NCBI GenBank assembly: GCA_964645535.1
Contig: CAZYCQ010000005.1
Span: forward strand, 1 to 61,383
Length of the DNA: 61,383 nt
Source: an uncultured archaeon
Lineage (GTDB): Archaea > Asgardarchaeota > Heimdallarchaeia > Heimdallarchaeales > Kariarchaeaceae
Reading direction: 5' to 3'
In this document: positions 9,063-18,866 of the stretch, in pieces
Layout of the letters: each line of letters starts with the position of its first letter
How positions within the stretch are numbered: the stretch's first letter is position 1
The notes under the pieces: model-generated
What the model was told of the DNA's origin: nothing
Database searches by the model: none
What the model saw: only the letters and a program-made list of their open reading frames with translations
Position numbers and translations under genes: made by a program

Positions 9063-9884
9063 ATGTCCATAATTTCGAAAAAAATTGAAGAGGAACTACG
9101 CACTTGTCTTCAAGAGTTAGGCTTCACCAACTATGAAATTGGCGTGATTTATGCAGTTTATGGCCAAGGCCCCCTAAAAGCAGACCAAATTGCAGAAATT
9201 GCAGACATTCCTCTTTCTCGTGTCTATGATGCCGTGGAATCGCTTACCCGCAAAGGGTTCCTCAAAGTCTCAAATAGTCGTCCTAGGGTTTATTCTGCTG
9301 TTTCCCCATCCGAAGCTAGCAATTCTTATGTAGAAAAAATGCGAATTCACTTTGAAAATGAATTGGAGAATATCAAAAACCTAACTCGGCAGTTCGTGGA
9401 AATTGTTCAGCCGTTATTTCTTCGAAGATACACCGAGATTGACCCTGAAAACCTTATTACTCAACTGAATTCCCTTGAGGATGCAGAATTGCAAACTTTG
9501 GCAATTATGGATCAGGCTGAAAAGGAAATTTGTATTTTTACTCATGCATTCAATTGGTTCGACAAGGTGAGGGATTCTCTCTTCAATGCCTTAAAACGAG
9601 GAATAAAAGTTCGTGTATTACTTCAGTCAAGGGAAGGGGGACTATCATCACAAATCAAGGACGAACTAGAAAGCCATGGCGGAAGATGCAAAGTCTATCT
9701 GGATGATTCAATAAAAACCCGTGGGACGATTGTAGATGGCCAAACTGTTATTTTTGTCATGTGGGCAACAGAAACTGGCTCTTTTCATCCAAGAAAAATC
9801 TTCAAACCACAATTCAGCACTAACCCCGGGATTGTCAAGGTTTTTCAGAACAATTTCGATTACTTATGGAACCTCCAATCTTGA
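9063..9884 (+). CDS. TrmB-family transcriptional regulator
   Basis: LGFTNYE...IPLSRVYDAVESL.KG HTH and a PLD-like effector domain (GIKVRVL, IVDG). Confidence 0.9.
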   Translation: MSIISKKIEEELRTCLQELGFTNYEIGVIYAVYGQGPLKADQIAEIADIPLSRVYDAVESLTRKGFLKVSNSRPRVYSAVSPSEASNSYVEKMRIHFENELENIKNLTRQFVEIVQPLFLRRYTEIDPENLITQLNSLEDAELQTLAIMDQAEKEICIFTHAFNWFDKVRDSLFNALKRGIKVRVLLQSREGGLSSQIKDELESHGGRCKVYLDDSIKTRGTIVDGQTVIFVMWATETGSFHPRKIFKPQFSTNPGIVKVFQNNFDYLWNLQS

Positions 9885-9934
9885 TGCAACATTACGAGAA
9901 TATATATACCCCTTTTCAAACTTATTGACTGCAT

Positions 9935-10495
9935 ATGGACGAATTGGCTTGGGTAGCAGAAAAAGATGATTGGGTGATGGCTCTTGGAATAAGTGCTGTT
10001 GGCTCATTTCTGTTGCTGTTCTTTATCCTTCCCCTCTCCAACCTCTTGCTTATCCCTCCTTCTCCTTTCCCCTATCTTTTAGCAGGAGGAATCGGGTTTC
10101 TTACCTATAAAGTTCGAACAACCCCCAAAAAAGAACTTCTGTTCCGCAAGGGGATGCGTGTCTTTGAATATCGGTCGGAAACTGGAGTTCCATTAAAACC
10201 TGCGCGATATGATCAAATCGTTGAATTTTCAATTGTTCCCCGTATTGACTATGTTGAGGAATTAACTCCTGATTCCTTTACCCTTGACGATTACTGGAAA
10301 ACACAATTGGTTTTAGAACTTAGGGAAAGCACAAACAAAAAAGGTGAAAAAATAGGTGAAAACATTCGTTTTGCAATTCCTGGTTCTGCTATGAACTATG
10401 ATCATTTCCTGAAAACCCTTCTTGATTGGGGAGTGATTGAAAAAGGGGCTGAATCCACTATATTTACATTTCGTATTTTTCCCAATCGGAAATGA
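9935..10495 (+). CDS. Hypothetical membrane protein (2 TM plus soluble domain)
   Basis: Two hydrophobic N-terminal segments; the ORF fills the space between its neighbours. Confidence 0.6.
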   Translation: MDELAWVAEKDDWVMALGISAVGSFLLLFFILPLSNLLLIPPSPFPYLLAGGIGFLTYKVRTTPKKELLFRKGMRVFEYRSETGVPLKPARYDQIVEFSIVPRIDYVEELTPDSFTLDDYWKTQLVLELRESTNKKGEKIGENIRFAIPGSAMNYDHFLKTLLDWGVIEKGAESTIFTFRIFPNRK

Positions 10496-10501
10496 TTAAT
10501 C

Positions 10502-11365
10502 TTGTTAATTTCAACTGACATGATGGATGGATTATTTGAATACAAAGGGGAGAGGACGTCAGATTGGGTGGCCGTGGTAGTTCATGGATCAACACAGGTT
10601 CATTACGACGACAGGCATCCACTAGTTCGCCTCCTCAAAAAACATGTCTCAACTGTTTATTCCTTAGATCTCCCTGGTCATGGATCGATGAGCAAACAAC
10701 TCCCGAAAAACGTATCTGAGGCCACAAACATATTTTTCGAGATGATTCGCCCTGTGGTAGAAAATAAGAGATTACTTATCGTAGGATTCAGCATGGGCGG
10801 CATTTTCACCATTAAAAAATGGAGACAATTGAAAGAAGTGACTGAACAATTGGTAGGAATCATGATTGGTGTTGGTCTTTTTATCTCTGATACACAATTG
10901 GCTCAAATTCGTCTTTTCTTTTCTGAACGTCATTACCGTATCAGCGGATGGGTAAAAAGGATGGAGGAAATGCACGGTTCCCATTGGAAAGAATTGGTCT
11001 ACACAATCGGTTCCTGGTTTGATCCCAACTTCCCCGATAATGCATTATTCCGCGATGAAGAACGTGAAATGATTGTGGATGAACCGCTCTTTTTTGTCAT
11101 AGGAAACCGCGATCAAGCCTTTTCTCTTGATGGATTTTCAATTTTCCCTGAACGATCTTGCATGGATCTTGTCAATTATACCTCTCTATTCATCGGTCCT
11201 CCTGAATCCAGACCCGATCCTCTCTCGGAATGTGATCTGGAACGCCATGTCTTTATCATTGCCGGTCATCACTTTTCCTATTTTCATCCCAAGGCTGCCT
11301 TTCCTATTGTGGGATATATCATTGAAAACCTTCTTCGATGTCTCGGTGTATCCTCAAATCGGTAG
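10502..11365 (+). CDS. Alpha/beta hydrolase
   Basis: VVHG oxyanion motif, DLPGHG, nucleophile elbow GFSMGG, GNRD and GHH. Confidence 0.85.
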   Translation: MLISTDMMDGLFEYKGERTSDWVAVVVHGSTQVHYDDRHPLVRLLKKHVSTVYSLDLPGHGSMSKQLPKNVSEATNIFFEMIRPVVENKRLLIVGFSMGGIFTIKKWRQLKEVTEQLVGIMIGVGLFISDTQLAQIRLFFSERHYRISGWVKRMEEMHGSHWKELVYTIGSWFDPNFPDNALFRDEEREMIVDEPLFFVIGNRDQAFSLDGFSIFPERSCMDLVNYTSLFIGPPESRPDPLSECDLERHVFIIAGHHFSYFHPKAAFPIVGYIIENLLRCLGVSSNR

Positions 11366-11411
11366 GTGTCTCTTTACGAAATAATTAAGAGAGAGTATTC
11401 TCTAACACAAT

Positions 11412-12629
11412 ATGTTGAGTAATATGGCCCAGCAAAAGAAAAAAGAAATTAGCTGGGTGCCAAGGGAACATGCAATAATATTTGCCGACGAAGATGTTGA
11501 CGGCTTGATGTCTGGGGTGATTGTTGCGAAACAATACCCTGACAGTTATCAACTGAAATTCGTCACTGCCCGATCATTGACTGACGCCATGAGGAGATTC
11601 CTCCACAAGGTGGAATCATCCGCCTATGAGGTGGATCTTAACGATCTTGATGTTTACATCGTGGATGTGGGCATCAACAGAGGATCCATCCACGAGTTCG
11701 CCGAAATTGCCCGACGGATGAAAAGTCTGGGAATGCGACTGCTCTACTTTGACAGCCATTCCAATAAATTCAATGGCCAGACTTTGGTTCCCATCCTTGA
11801 AGAGGCGGGTGTGCTTGTCCACCTTGGTGAAATTGGCACTGCGGCAGCGTCAATCATCCAAGAATACCTTGGCACTCCAGATACTGAACGTTTCAGAAAA
11901 CTTGGTGCATTATCTGACCGTGAAATTAGCTTTAATGAGGCTCGGGACATGCTTCATGAAAAAGAGGGTCTGCGCATGTTGCAGGCCGCCGTGGCTTGGG
12001 GCGCATGGAAACGACGTAGCTTCCTGCACCGTATCAGCAGAGAATTGATCGCCAACCCGAACCTGAAATTCACAACCCATAAGGAAGTGATAGAACTCTC
12101 AAGAAAGGCAAACAAACATCGTGATAGGCTTTATCGCTATGTTGTGAAACATGCCGATGTGCTTGAGGTTTCTCACAATCCACGTATCCTTGCAGTGTTC
12201 TGCTTGGATCGCAATGATTTTGGAAAGGCGAGGGGCACGATAGCAGGTCATCTTGCAGGGGAGTGGGGTGCTGTGATTATCTTCATCACTCCTGATGAGA
12301 TGCCGAATTACTATAGTGTGAGTGTCCGAAATCATTACCGAATTAAAGTGGATTTGGAACGATTGGGTCAGCTTGCCATGGCTGAAACAGCAGGGGGTTC
12401 AAAAGGAGCCTACCGGATTACCATTGAAAAAGATCGTTTGATGAAATTCCTAATCATGGTACAACAATGGACTTATTCCCTTCGTCCTCCTTGGATACGC
12501 CGAAGAGGAAAACGGCAGAAGGTTCTCAAAAGTCAGGAAAGTCATTATACGGAAATTCCAGATCCTACCGATCCCAATTCTCCGATTTCCATGAGTGAAA
12601 ACCGCAAGCGTGTTAACCAATCTACCTGA
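11412..12629 (+). CDS. DHH/DHHA1 family phosphoesterase
   Basis: DEDVDG, VDVG, YFDSH (DHH variant) and LSD motifs; C-terminal SVSVR...GGSKGA. Confidence 0.75.
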   Translation: MLSNMAQQKKKEISWVPREHAIIFADEDVDGLMSGVIVAKQYPDSYQLKFVTARSLTDAMRRFLHKVESSAYEVDLNDLDVYIVDVGINRGSIHEFAEIARRMKSLGMRLLYFDSHSNKFNGQTLVPILEEAGVLVHLGEIGTAAASIIQEYLGTPDTERFRKLGALSDREISFNEARDMLHEKEGLRMLQAAVAWGAWKRRSFLHRISRELIANPNLKFTTHKEVIELSRKANKHRDRLYRYVVKHADVLEVSHNPRILAVFCLDRNDFGKARGTIAGHLAGEWGAVIIFITPDEMPNYYSVSVRNHYRIKVDLERLGQLAMAETAGGSKGAYRITIEKDRLMKFLIMVQQWTYSLRPPWIRRRGKRQKVLKSQESHYTEIPDPTDPNSPISMSENRKRVNQST

Positions 12630-12722
12630 AATTTTGCAACTTAATCTTTCAAAATCAATCATTGGCATTGTTGCTTCTCCTACAAATTAATATTTTTGAA
12701 ATGCAAGACTGTTTTGATACCT

Positions 12723-13895
12723 ATGGGAAAACTTGATTTTATGAAGGAGGAACTCAAACGGCTTCGGGAAGTCGGACTTTACAACTCAATCAAAACCATT
12801 GCCTCTCCTCAAGGTGCTTGGCTAACAATCGAAGGCAAAAAGGTCCTGAACCTGTGTTCAAACAATTATTTGGGATTGGCGGATCATCCTAAGCTCATTG
12901 AAGCCGCAAAGGTTGTTCTTGATGAATATGGTGTTGGTCCTGGTGCAGTTCGATCCATTGCAGGAACAATGGCGATCCACCGTGAATTGGAAAAGATCCT
13001 TGCGGAATTCAAGCAGGTGGAAGATACCCTAGGCCTTCAATCTGGGTTTGTTGCCAACCAAGCTGTCATTCCTGCCATTGGTGCTGATGCTATTTTCACA
13101 GATGAGCTGAACCATGCCTCAATCATTGATGGTGTTCGTTTGACAAAGGCTCAGCGATATATCTATCGCCATAATGATGTGGATGATCTTGTTGCAAAAC
13201 TGGAAGAGGGACGAAATTATTCCCGAAAACTCATCATTACCGATGGGGTCTTCTCAATGGATGGGGATCTTGCTCCATTGGATAAAATTGCCAAAATTGC
13301 ACAAGAACATGACGCCATCCTCATGGTTGATGACGCCCATGGTGAAGGTGTTTTGGGTGATCATGGTCGTGGAATTGCAGATCATTTCGGTCTTCATAAT
13401 GGTGAGGTCGATATAGAAATTGGAACTTTAAGCAAGGCAATGGGTGTTGTTGGGGGATATGTTGCCGGGAGCCGTCTACTGAAAGAATTTCTAGAACAAA
13501 AAGCCCGTCCCTTCCTTTTCTCCTCAGCTGTCACCGTCCCTGATGTTGCCGCATCAATTGCGGCTGTCCGCATTCTTATGGCGGATGATACATTGGTGAA
13601 AAAACTCTGGGATAACGCAAATTACTTTCAAAAAGGGATGAGGGATCTAGGTTTTGACACAGGAAAAACCCAAACTCCCATCACCCCAATCATGATCGGG
13701 GAGGCAAAGAAAAGCTCTGAATTTTCGAAAAAACTCTTCCAAGAAGATATTTTTGCAATGTCAATTGGCTATCCCACAGTTCCAAAAGGTGCTGCCCGCA
13801 TCCGCGTGATGCTTTCCGCCGCTCATTCCAAAGATGATTTGGATTTTGCATTAGAGAAGTTTGAAAAGGTTGGAAAAGAACTTGGGCTGATTTAG
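12723..13895 (+). CDS. kbl: Glycine C-acetyltransferase / AONS-family PLP enzyme
   Basis: [38 protein letters not shown] (PLP lysine) and ARIRV motifs. Confidence 0.85.
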   Translation: MGKLDFMKEELKRLREVGLYNSIKTIASPQGAWLTIEGKKVLNLCSNNYLGLADHPKLIEAAKVVLDEYGVGPGAVRSIAGTMAIHRELEKILAEFKQVEDTLGLQSGFVANQAVIPAIGADAIFTDELNHASIIDGVRLTKAQRYIYRHNDVDDLVAKLEEGRNYSRKLIITDGVFSMDGDLAPLDKIAKIAQEHDAILMVDDAHGEGVLGDHGRGIADHFGLHNGEVDIEIGTLSKAMGVVGGYVAGSRLLKEFLEQKARPFLFSSAVTVPDVAASIAAVRILMADDTLVKKLWDNANYFQKGMRDLGFDTGKTQTPITPIMIGEAKKSSEFSKKLFQEDIFAMSIGYPTVPKGAARIRVMLSAAHSKDDLDFALEKFEKVGKELGLI

Positions 13896-13981
13896 CTTTT
13901 TTCAGTTGCTTATGAATCCTGTATGTTGTTCTCATTCTGTTTTGTTCATTCATTTTTTAAATTATCTCTTGTTATCGCTCT

Positions 13982-14069
13982 TTTTTCGATTTTTTTTAAT
14001 TTTAGTACGAAATTATGACTCCATGGTTGCCATGTTTATCCGAAAACAAAAATCATTTTTCGATTTTTT
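13982..14069 (+). repeat. Two copies of TTTTTCGATTTTTT upstream of the subtilase promoter
   Basis: Copies at 13982-13995 and 14056-14069, followed by TATA-like CTTTAAA at about 14079. Confidence 0.45.
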
Positions 14070-14181
14070 CCAAGAAAGCTTTAAATTCAGTTGTGGATTT
14101 CCGCGATTTAGCTCATAATTCGGTTGGAGGATTTTGTAAAAAATCCAACAATTTGAATGCAATTCCCGAAAAGGGTCTATT

Positions 14182-15969
14182 ATGGTGATTGATGTGTCAA
14201 AAACAACAAAAATCATGACCTTATGGTTAATATTTGCTCTAACTGTTGGAATGAGTGGATTTCTCTTTCCAAATGCAAAAGGAACAACAAAATTCATCAA
14301 TGGTTCTGTCACACAAGTAATTTCTGGGCAAACATACCACTATTCCGTTACTTATTGGGGTAGTGGAAGATATGATGAATTTTATATCACAACATCTGGT
14401 GCTGCACAAATTGATGCAGTCCTTAATGGTCAAACTACCGATGATCTCGATCTCTATTATCGTGCCGGTGCGGCTGTGTCTGGCTGTGGTACTTATACTT
14501 GTTCCACCTATGATGCAGTTTCATGGACTAGCGGTGCCGATGAATCTCTCACTATTACCAATCCGGCTGATACAACACATTGGTTCCGTGTTCAGCGGTA
14601 CTCAGGTAGTGGAAGAGATTATTATGATCTGACAATTACCGTCACACAGGGTGGAGGGGATACAACTGCTCCCTCCGTTAGCATAACCGCTCCTGCAAAC
14701 GGTGCTACAGTTTCTGGTACTACTACCGTGTCTGCATCTGCTTCTGATAATGTCGGTGTGGATCGTGTTGAGTTCAAGGTTGATGGTGCCCTGAAATTCA
14801 CGGATTATACCTCTCCTTTCTCCTTCAATTGGGATACCACGACCTCAAGCGATGGATCTCACACTGTTTCGGCAATTGCCTATGATGCCGCTGGCAATTC
14901 CGCAACAGATTCAGTCACCGTCACCGTAAGCAATGGTGGCGGAGGTGGAACGGGATGTGGTGAAACACCTAGAGTCACCGGCTCAATGCCTTGGTGGAAT
15001 GATGCAATTGATGTTGAAAAAGCTCATGCCGCTGGATGCTATGGTGGTAACACGGTTGTTGTCGTTCTTGACACTGGGCTAGGGAGCGGTTACACTTCTC
15101 TGTTTCCTGCTGGATCCATTCTTTCAGCATACTCCCATTCATACACCAAATCACTTGGTTACGACAATGTTGATTGGAACCAGGACACTGAAGGACATGG
15201 AACCTCAGTCACTGCTACCATTCTTGGTTACTATGTCCCCAGTTCTTGGGGAATGGTAAACAACTATGTCATGGGTGTTGCACCAAATGCTGAAATTGTC
15301 ATGCTTAGGGTTGTCTATTGGGTTGGTGGCAGTGTTACCTATGCCGCTATGATTGATTCTTGGGTTCAGGCAATCAATTATGCAATCAATCTTCACAACG
15401 GTGCACTTTCCGGTAAAAACATGGTCATCTCTATGAGTCTAGGATATAATCCTTCTGCTGCCCCAAGTTCTTCTAATGCGGCTTTAGAAAATGCAATCAA
15501 CAACGCAGTTGCAAATGGAATTGTTGTCTCCGCTTCCGCAGGAAATGATGGGCCAAATCCAAACACCACCGGTAATCCTGCAAATTTCGCTAACACCGTT
15601 TCAGTGGCTGCTGCCGGGTGGAATGGTTATACTGGAGCATATGGTGTTGCAGGAATTGATGACAATCTTCCAGAAGATGATTTTTCCAACCTTGTCATTG
15701 CTGATTTCTCCTCTCGAGGCAAGGTAGAAATCACTGGGATTGGTTGGAACCTAGCATTGCCAACATGGGACAATTCGTATCAATATATCAGTGGAACCTC
15801 ATTTAGTTGTCCTCAGCTGAGTGGTGTATTCGCATTGATGTTCAGCATGTACGGGTCTGTTTCTGTCAGCTTCTTAGTCAGCCAAGTGCAAGCAGGAGCA
15901 TATGCCATTGGTCCCTCCACAACTTGGGGTGCTGGGTTCGTACAGGCTGATGGTGCTTTGGGATTATAA
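14182..15969 (+). CDS. Secreted S8 subtilase with N-terminal PPC and Ig-like domains
   Basis: Signal peptide, PPC domain (DLDLYYR...ESLTITNP), Ig domain (DTTAPSVSITAP...AYDAAGN), catalytic triad motifs VLDTG, GHGT and GTSFSCP, and oxyanion SAGN. Confidence 0.92.
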   Translation: MVIDVSKTTKIMTLWLIFALTVGMSGFLFPNAKGTTKFINGSVTQVISGQTYHYSVTYWGSGRYDEFYITTSGAAQIDAVLNGQTTDDLDLYYRAGAAVSGCGTYTCSTYDAVSWTSGADESLTITNPADTTHWFRVQRYSGSGRDYYDLTITVTQGGGDTTAPSVSITAPANGATVSGTTTVSASASDNVGVDRVEFKVDGALKFTDYTSPFSFNWDTTTSSDGSHTVSAIAYDAAGNSATDSVTVTVSNGGGGGTGCGETPRVTGSMPWWNDAIDVEKAHAAGCYGGNTVVVVLDTGLGSGYTSLFPAGSILSAYSHSYTKSLGYDNVDWNQDTEGHGTSVTATILGYYVPSSWGMVNNYVMGVAPNAEIVMLRVVYWVGGSVTYAAMIDSWVQAINYAINLHNGALSGKNMVISMSLGYNPSAAPSSSNAALENAINNAVANGIVVSASAGNDGPNPNTTGNPANFANTVSVAAAGWNGYTGAYGVAGIDDNLPEDDFSNLVIADFSSRGKVEITGIGWNLALPTWDNSYQYISGTSFSCPQLSGVFALMFSMYGSVSVSFLVSQVQAGAYAIGPSTTWGAGFVQADGALGL

Positions 15970-15991
15970 AATAATTGGTAGTAAACTCGAC

Positions 15992-16034
15992 TTCTGTTTT
16001 TCGAAAATCGTATGGTTTTCTGTTTTTTCAAAAT
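15992..16034 (+). repeat. 17-bp imperfect direct repeat in promoter region
   Basis: TTCTGTTTTTCGAAAAT (15992-16008) versus TTCTGTTTTTTCAAAAT (16018-16034), upstream of TATA-like TTTTTATAA. Confidence 0.45.
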
Positions 16035-16077
16035 GAATATCGTAATATTTTTATAATTCCTGACAAATTTTTCATTA

Positions 16078-16572
16078 ATGGAATTTTCCCGAAAAGCAGC
16101 TTTCCTTCTAATCACCCTTTTTCTATTCATGCCCACTTTTCCATTGATTGACGCAAAACAGACAAAGAGCTTGTCGGCATCTTCCACCGAAAAGGTTTCA
16201 ATCTCATTACATTTTACAGACGCATATTATGCTGATCTGGATGGGGATGGGTATTCCGATGACGTGTTCGGCGGTGTGGATCTCTTCATAAGCGGTTCTG
16301 AACGGGTTTCATTCGATTACTATATCACTCTTGTCCTTCCTTCTGGCAAGAGCTTCACTTATGCCTATAGAATTAGTACTCGCTATACTTATCTTCATCT
16401 TGCCAACTATTTCTATGATCATGTGTCTGAAAGTGGTGACTATACCTTCATTGTAGAGATTGTTACCCGAACTGGGGGGTTGCAATATGATCCCTATCAT
16501 CATGTGTTTGACCCTCCTGGTGGAGTTCCTACCGATCCCACCTATTCGCTCGTTACGTCTGGCTCATTCTGA
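16078..16572 (+). CDS. Secreted beta-rich protein with DxDxDG Ca-binding loop
   Basis: Signal peptide, ADLDGDGYSDD motif and an alternating beta-strand pattern. Confidence 0.7.
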   Translation: MEFSRKAAFLLITLFLFMPTFPLIDAKQTKSLSASSTEKVSISLHFTDAYYADLDGDGYSDDVFGGVDLFISGSERVSFDYYITLVLPSGKSFTYAYRISTRYTYLHLANYFYDHVSESGDYTFIVEIVTRTGGLQYDPYHHVFDPPGGVPTDPTYSLVTSGSF

Positions 16573-16586
16573 ATAAGGGGACGAAC

Positions 16587-17747
16587 ATGGCACAGCCTCC
16601 CCAGATGGACTTTAATGATTTCTTAATCTTCTATGAGCTATTGCAAGATCCATTTAAATCTGCAAACCGAATTGCTCAATCATTGGGTCTTGCCCCCAGT
16701 ACGGTTCGTGATCGAATTTCCTCCATGAAGAGACGGGGGTTTTTAGGTCCAGATGCTGAAATTTCCGATCCAGTTCTTGGAACTCGGGTCACAAGTGAAG
16801 TTTCTGTTGCCTATGATCCGTCCTCTCTCGGACTTATTCGGCAACATGTGATTTTCACCCATATTCCTTCTGAGGATGCCCTCAAAAAACTCATTCTGTT
16901 CTGTGATGCCCATCCTTACACGCATTACCGCACAGTGATATTTGGAGAAGGTTTTGGCCTGTATACTCAATTCGATGTACCTCCGGAAATCTGCAAACAG
17001 ATGGAACAACTTTTCTACCATTTAAGCCAAATGCTGGATTTGCAGGTATCGATACTGGAAACTGGCACCCGCATCTCTTCAGTACCTGATTTCTCTGAAT
17101 TTTCCATCTTTGATGGGTGGAAAATGCCTCCTTTGGAAAATCTATGGGCAGAGTTCGAACCGACGGGAATAACTGCCAAATCAAATGCTCCTCCCAAAAA
17201 ATTGACCGATTTTGACCTTTCTCTTCTAAGAGAGCTAACCATTAATGCAAAGGTTCCGGTTACGTTTTTAGCACATGAATATGGGCGACCAAAACCAAGT
17301 GTCTCACGACATTTGAAAACCATTCGAGAACAATTTGTCGAACGAGGGCTATTGGTTTATGATCCTAGTGCATTTAATCTTGATAATGTCTTAGTGATTT
17401 CTGGCGAGTTTCTTCCTGATGGGGAACTTACTCCTTCAATTCTTGAAGAATTTGTCCGAGCCAATGTTCTTCCCTTTACTTCTGTTCTTTACCATGATTT
17501 TTCCCGTTTTCTTTGGATTACAACTGCACCTTCTTCCTATTCCGCACAGATTTCAAAATTCCTTTGGAGGAGAACTTCACCAAAAAACCTTCAAATCTCT
17601 CAATTGGATCGGAACTCGCGGTTTTCTTATTTCTTTTATAATCTTAACTTCAAAGAGGGTGAGGGATGGAAGACGGATTACAATTACATTATAGAGGATC
17701 CATTGAACTCGATTGGACTTAAGGTTCCTCATCTAAAGTCTCTTTAA
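16587..17747 (+). CDS. Tandem Lrp/AsnC-type HTH regulator
   Basis: Two HTH units (DFLIFYELLQDP...STVRDRI and DLSLLRELTINAK...SVSRHL), each followed by a ferredoxin-like domain. Confidence 0.75.
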   Translation: MAQPPQMDFNDFLIFYELLQDPFKSANRIAQSLGLAPSTVRDRISSMKRRGFLGPDAEISDPVLGTRVTSEVSVAYDPSSLGLIRQHVIFTHIPSEDALKKLILFCDAHPYTHYRTVIFGEGFGLYTQFDVPPEICKQMEQLFYHLSQMLDLQVSILETGTRISSVPDFSEFSIFDGWKMPPLENLWAEFEPTGITAKSNAPPKKLTDFDLSLLRELTINAKVPVTFLAHEYGRPKPSVSRHLKTIREQFVERGLLVYDPSAFNLDNVLVISGEFLPDGELTPSILEEFVRANVLPFTSVLYHDFSRFLWITTAPSSYSAQISKFLWRRTSPKNLQISQLDRNSRFSYFFYNLNFKEGEGWKTDYNYIIEDPLNSIGLKVPHLKSL

Positions 17748-17770
17748 ATAGGAACTCTGATAACAACAAA

Positions 17771-18799
17771 ATGACAATTAAGGAAAGGCTTGCCCACCTG
17801 TATGCCGATGCGAATGCAGGAAACGAAAAGGCAATGGTCGAGCTTGCTGAACTTCTTCTTGAGGATGAAGGATACGATGAGGCGGAAACATGGCTCAAAA
17901 AAGCAGCCGAACTGGGCAATATACGTTCCTTTCTTCTTTTAGGGGAACTCTTTCTTAGAAGAAATGATTTAGAATCTGCCATTCTTTGGTTCCGAAGAGG
18001 TGCAGAAGAAGGTAACCTTTCAGCAATGACCAATTTGGGTTTCTTATTAAAGCAAAAGGGTGAGGTTGATCAGGCGGAGAATTGGTATCTTCTTGCAGCA
18101 AATCAAGGTAGTGCCATTGCAATGTTCAACTTGGCAAATATTCATGCTGAAAAAAATGACCTACAACAGGCAGAGTATTGGGTGGAAAAAAGTGCAACAT
18201 CTGGATATGACCGTGCGTGGATCGCCCTTGGAGAAATCTACCGGGAACGTGGTGAGCTTGAAAAAGCAGTTGCGGCTTTCAATAAAGCCAAAGAACATGA
18301 GATTCTTGATGCCTATTCTTATCTTCTGGACATTGCTCTAATGAAGGATGATCTTGAAATGGCAGAGATGATTGCAAGAGAGGGAATGGAAAATGGGCAT
18401 TTGGATTCTATTTCCAACCTTGGTTTTGTACTTGCCGCTCTTGAAAAATATGATGAGGCCGAAAAAATCTTGATTGAAGGGCTTAAACGTGGTCATGCTC
18501 GTTCTGTCTATAATCTGGCCTCCCTTTATGCCCTACTTGGCAAGACTGATCGTGCTCTTCCCCTCTTTTCTCAATTGGCCGAATCTGGTGATCCTTTAGG
18601 ACAGTTTGCCTACGGCACCATTCTCTTGGAAAACAATTATGTTGAGGATGGACTTGATTGGGTGGAGAAGGCTGCAAATCAGGGACATAAAGAGGCAATG
18701 GAATTGTTGCTCGAATACTACCGGGAGAAAGGAGACTTGGAAAAGATCCATGAATGGGAGACCAAACTCTCTTTGGATGAACACCTCCCTTTTGATTAG
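17771..18799 (+). CDS. Sel1/TPR repeat protein
   Basis: About 9-10 repeats of 'A..W...AA..G...A...LG'. Confidence 0.9.
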   Translation: MTIKERLAHLYADANAGNEKAMVELAELLLEDEGYDEAETWLKKAAELGNIRSFLLLGELFLRRNDLESAILWFRRGAEEGNLSAMTNLGFLLKQKGEVDQAENWYLLAANQGSAIAMFNLANIHAEKNDLQQAEYWVEKSATSGYDRAWIALGEIYRERGELEKAVAAFNKAKEHEILDAYSYLLDIALMKDDLEMAEMIAREGMENGHLDSISNLGFVLAALEKYDEAEKILIEGLKRGHARSVYNLASLYALLGKTDRALPLFSQLAESGDPLGQFAYGTILLENNYVEDGLDWVEKAANQGHKEAMELLLEYYREKGDLEKIHEWETKLSLDEHLPFD

Positions 18800-18866
18800 T
18801 TATTGAATGAGGAAATTGCTTTATATTTATTAATGGGTTTCATTGATAGAATTCAGGTAGGCTTAA

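Noticed and set aside
10502-11365. Alpha/beta hydrolase as MenH (and the ligase at 46406 as MenE)
   Set aside because: Both are far from menFD and lack specific support; the ligase looks like a general fatty acyl-CoA ligase.
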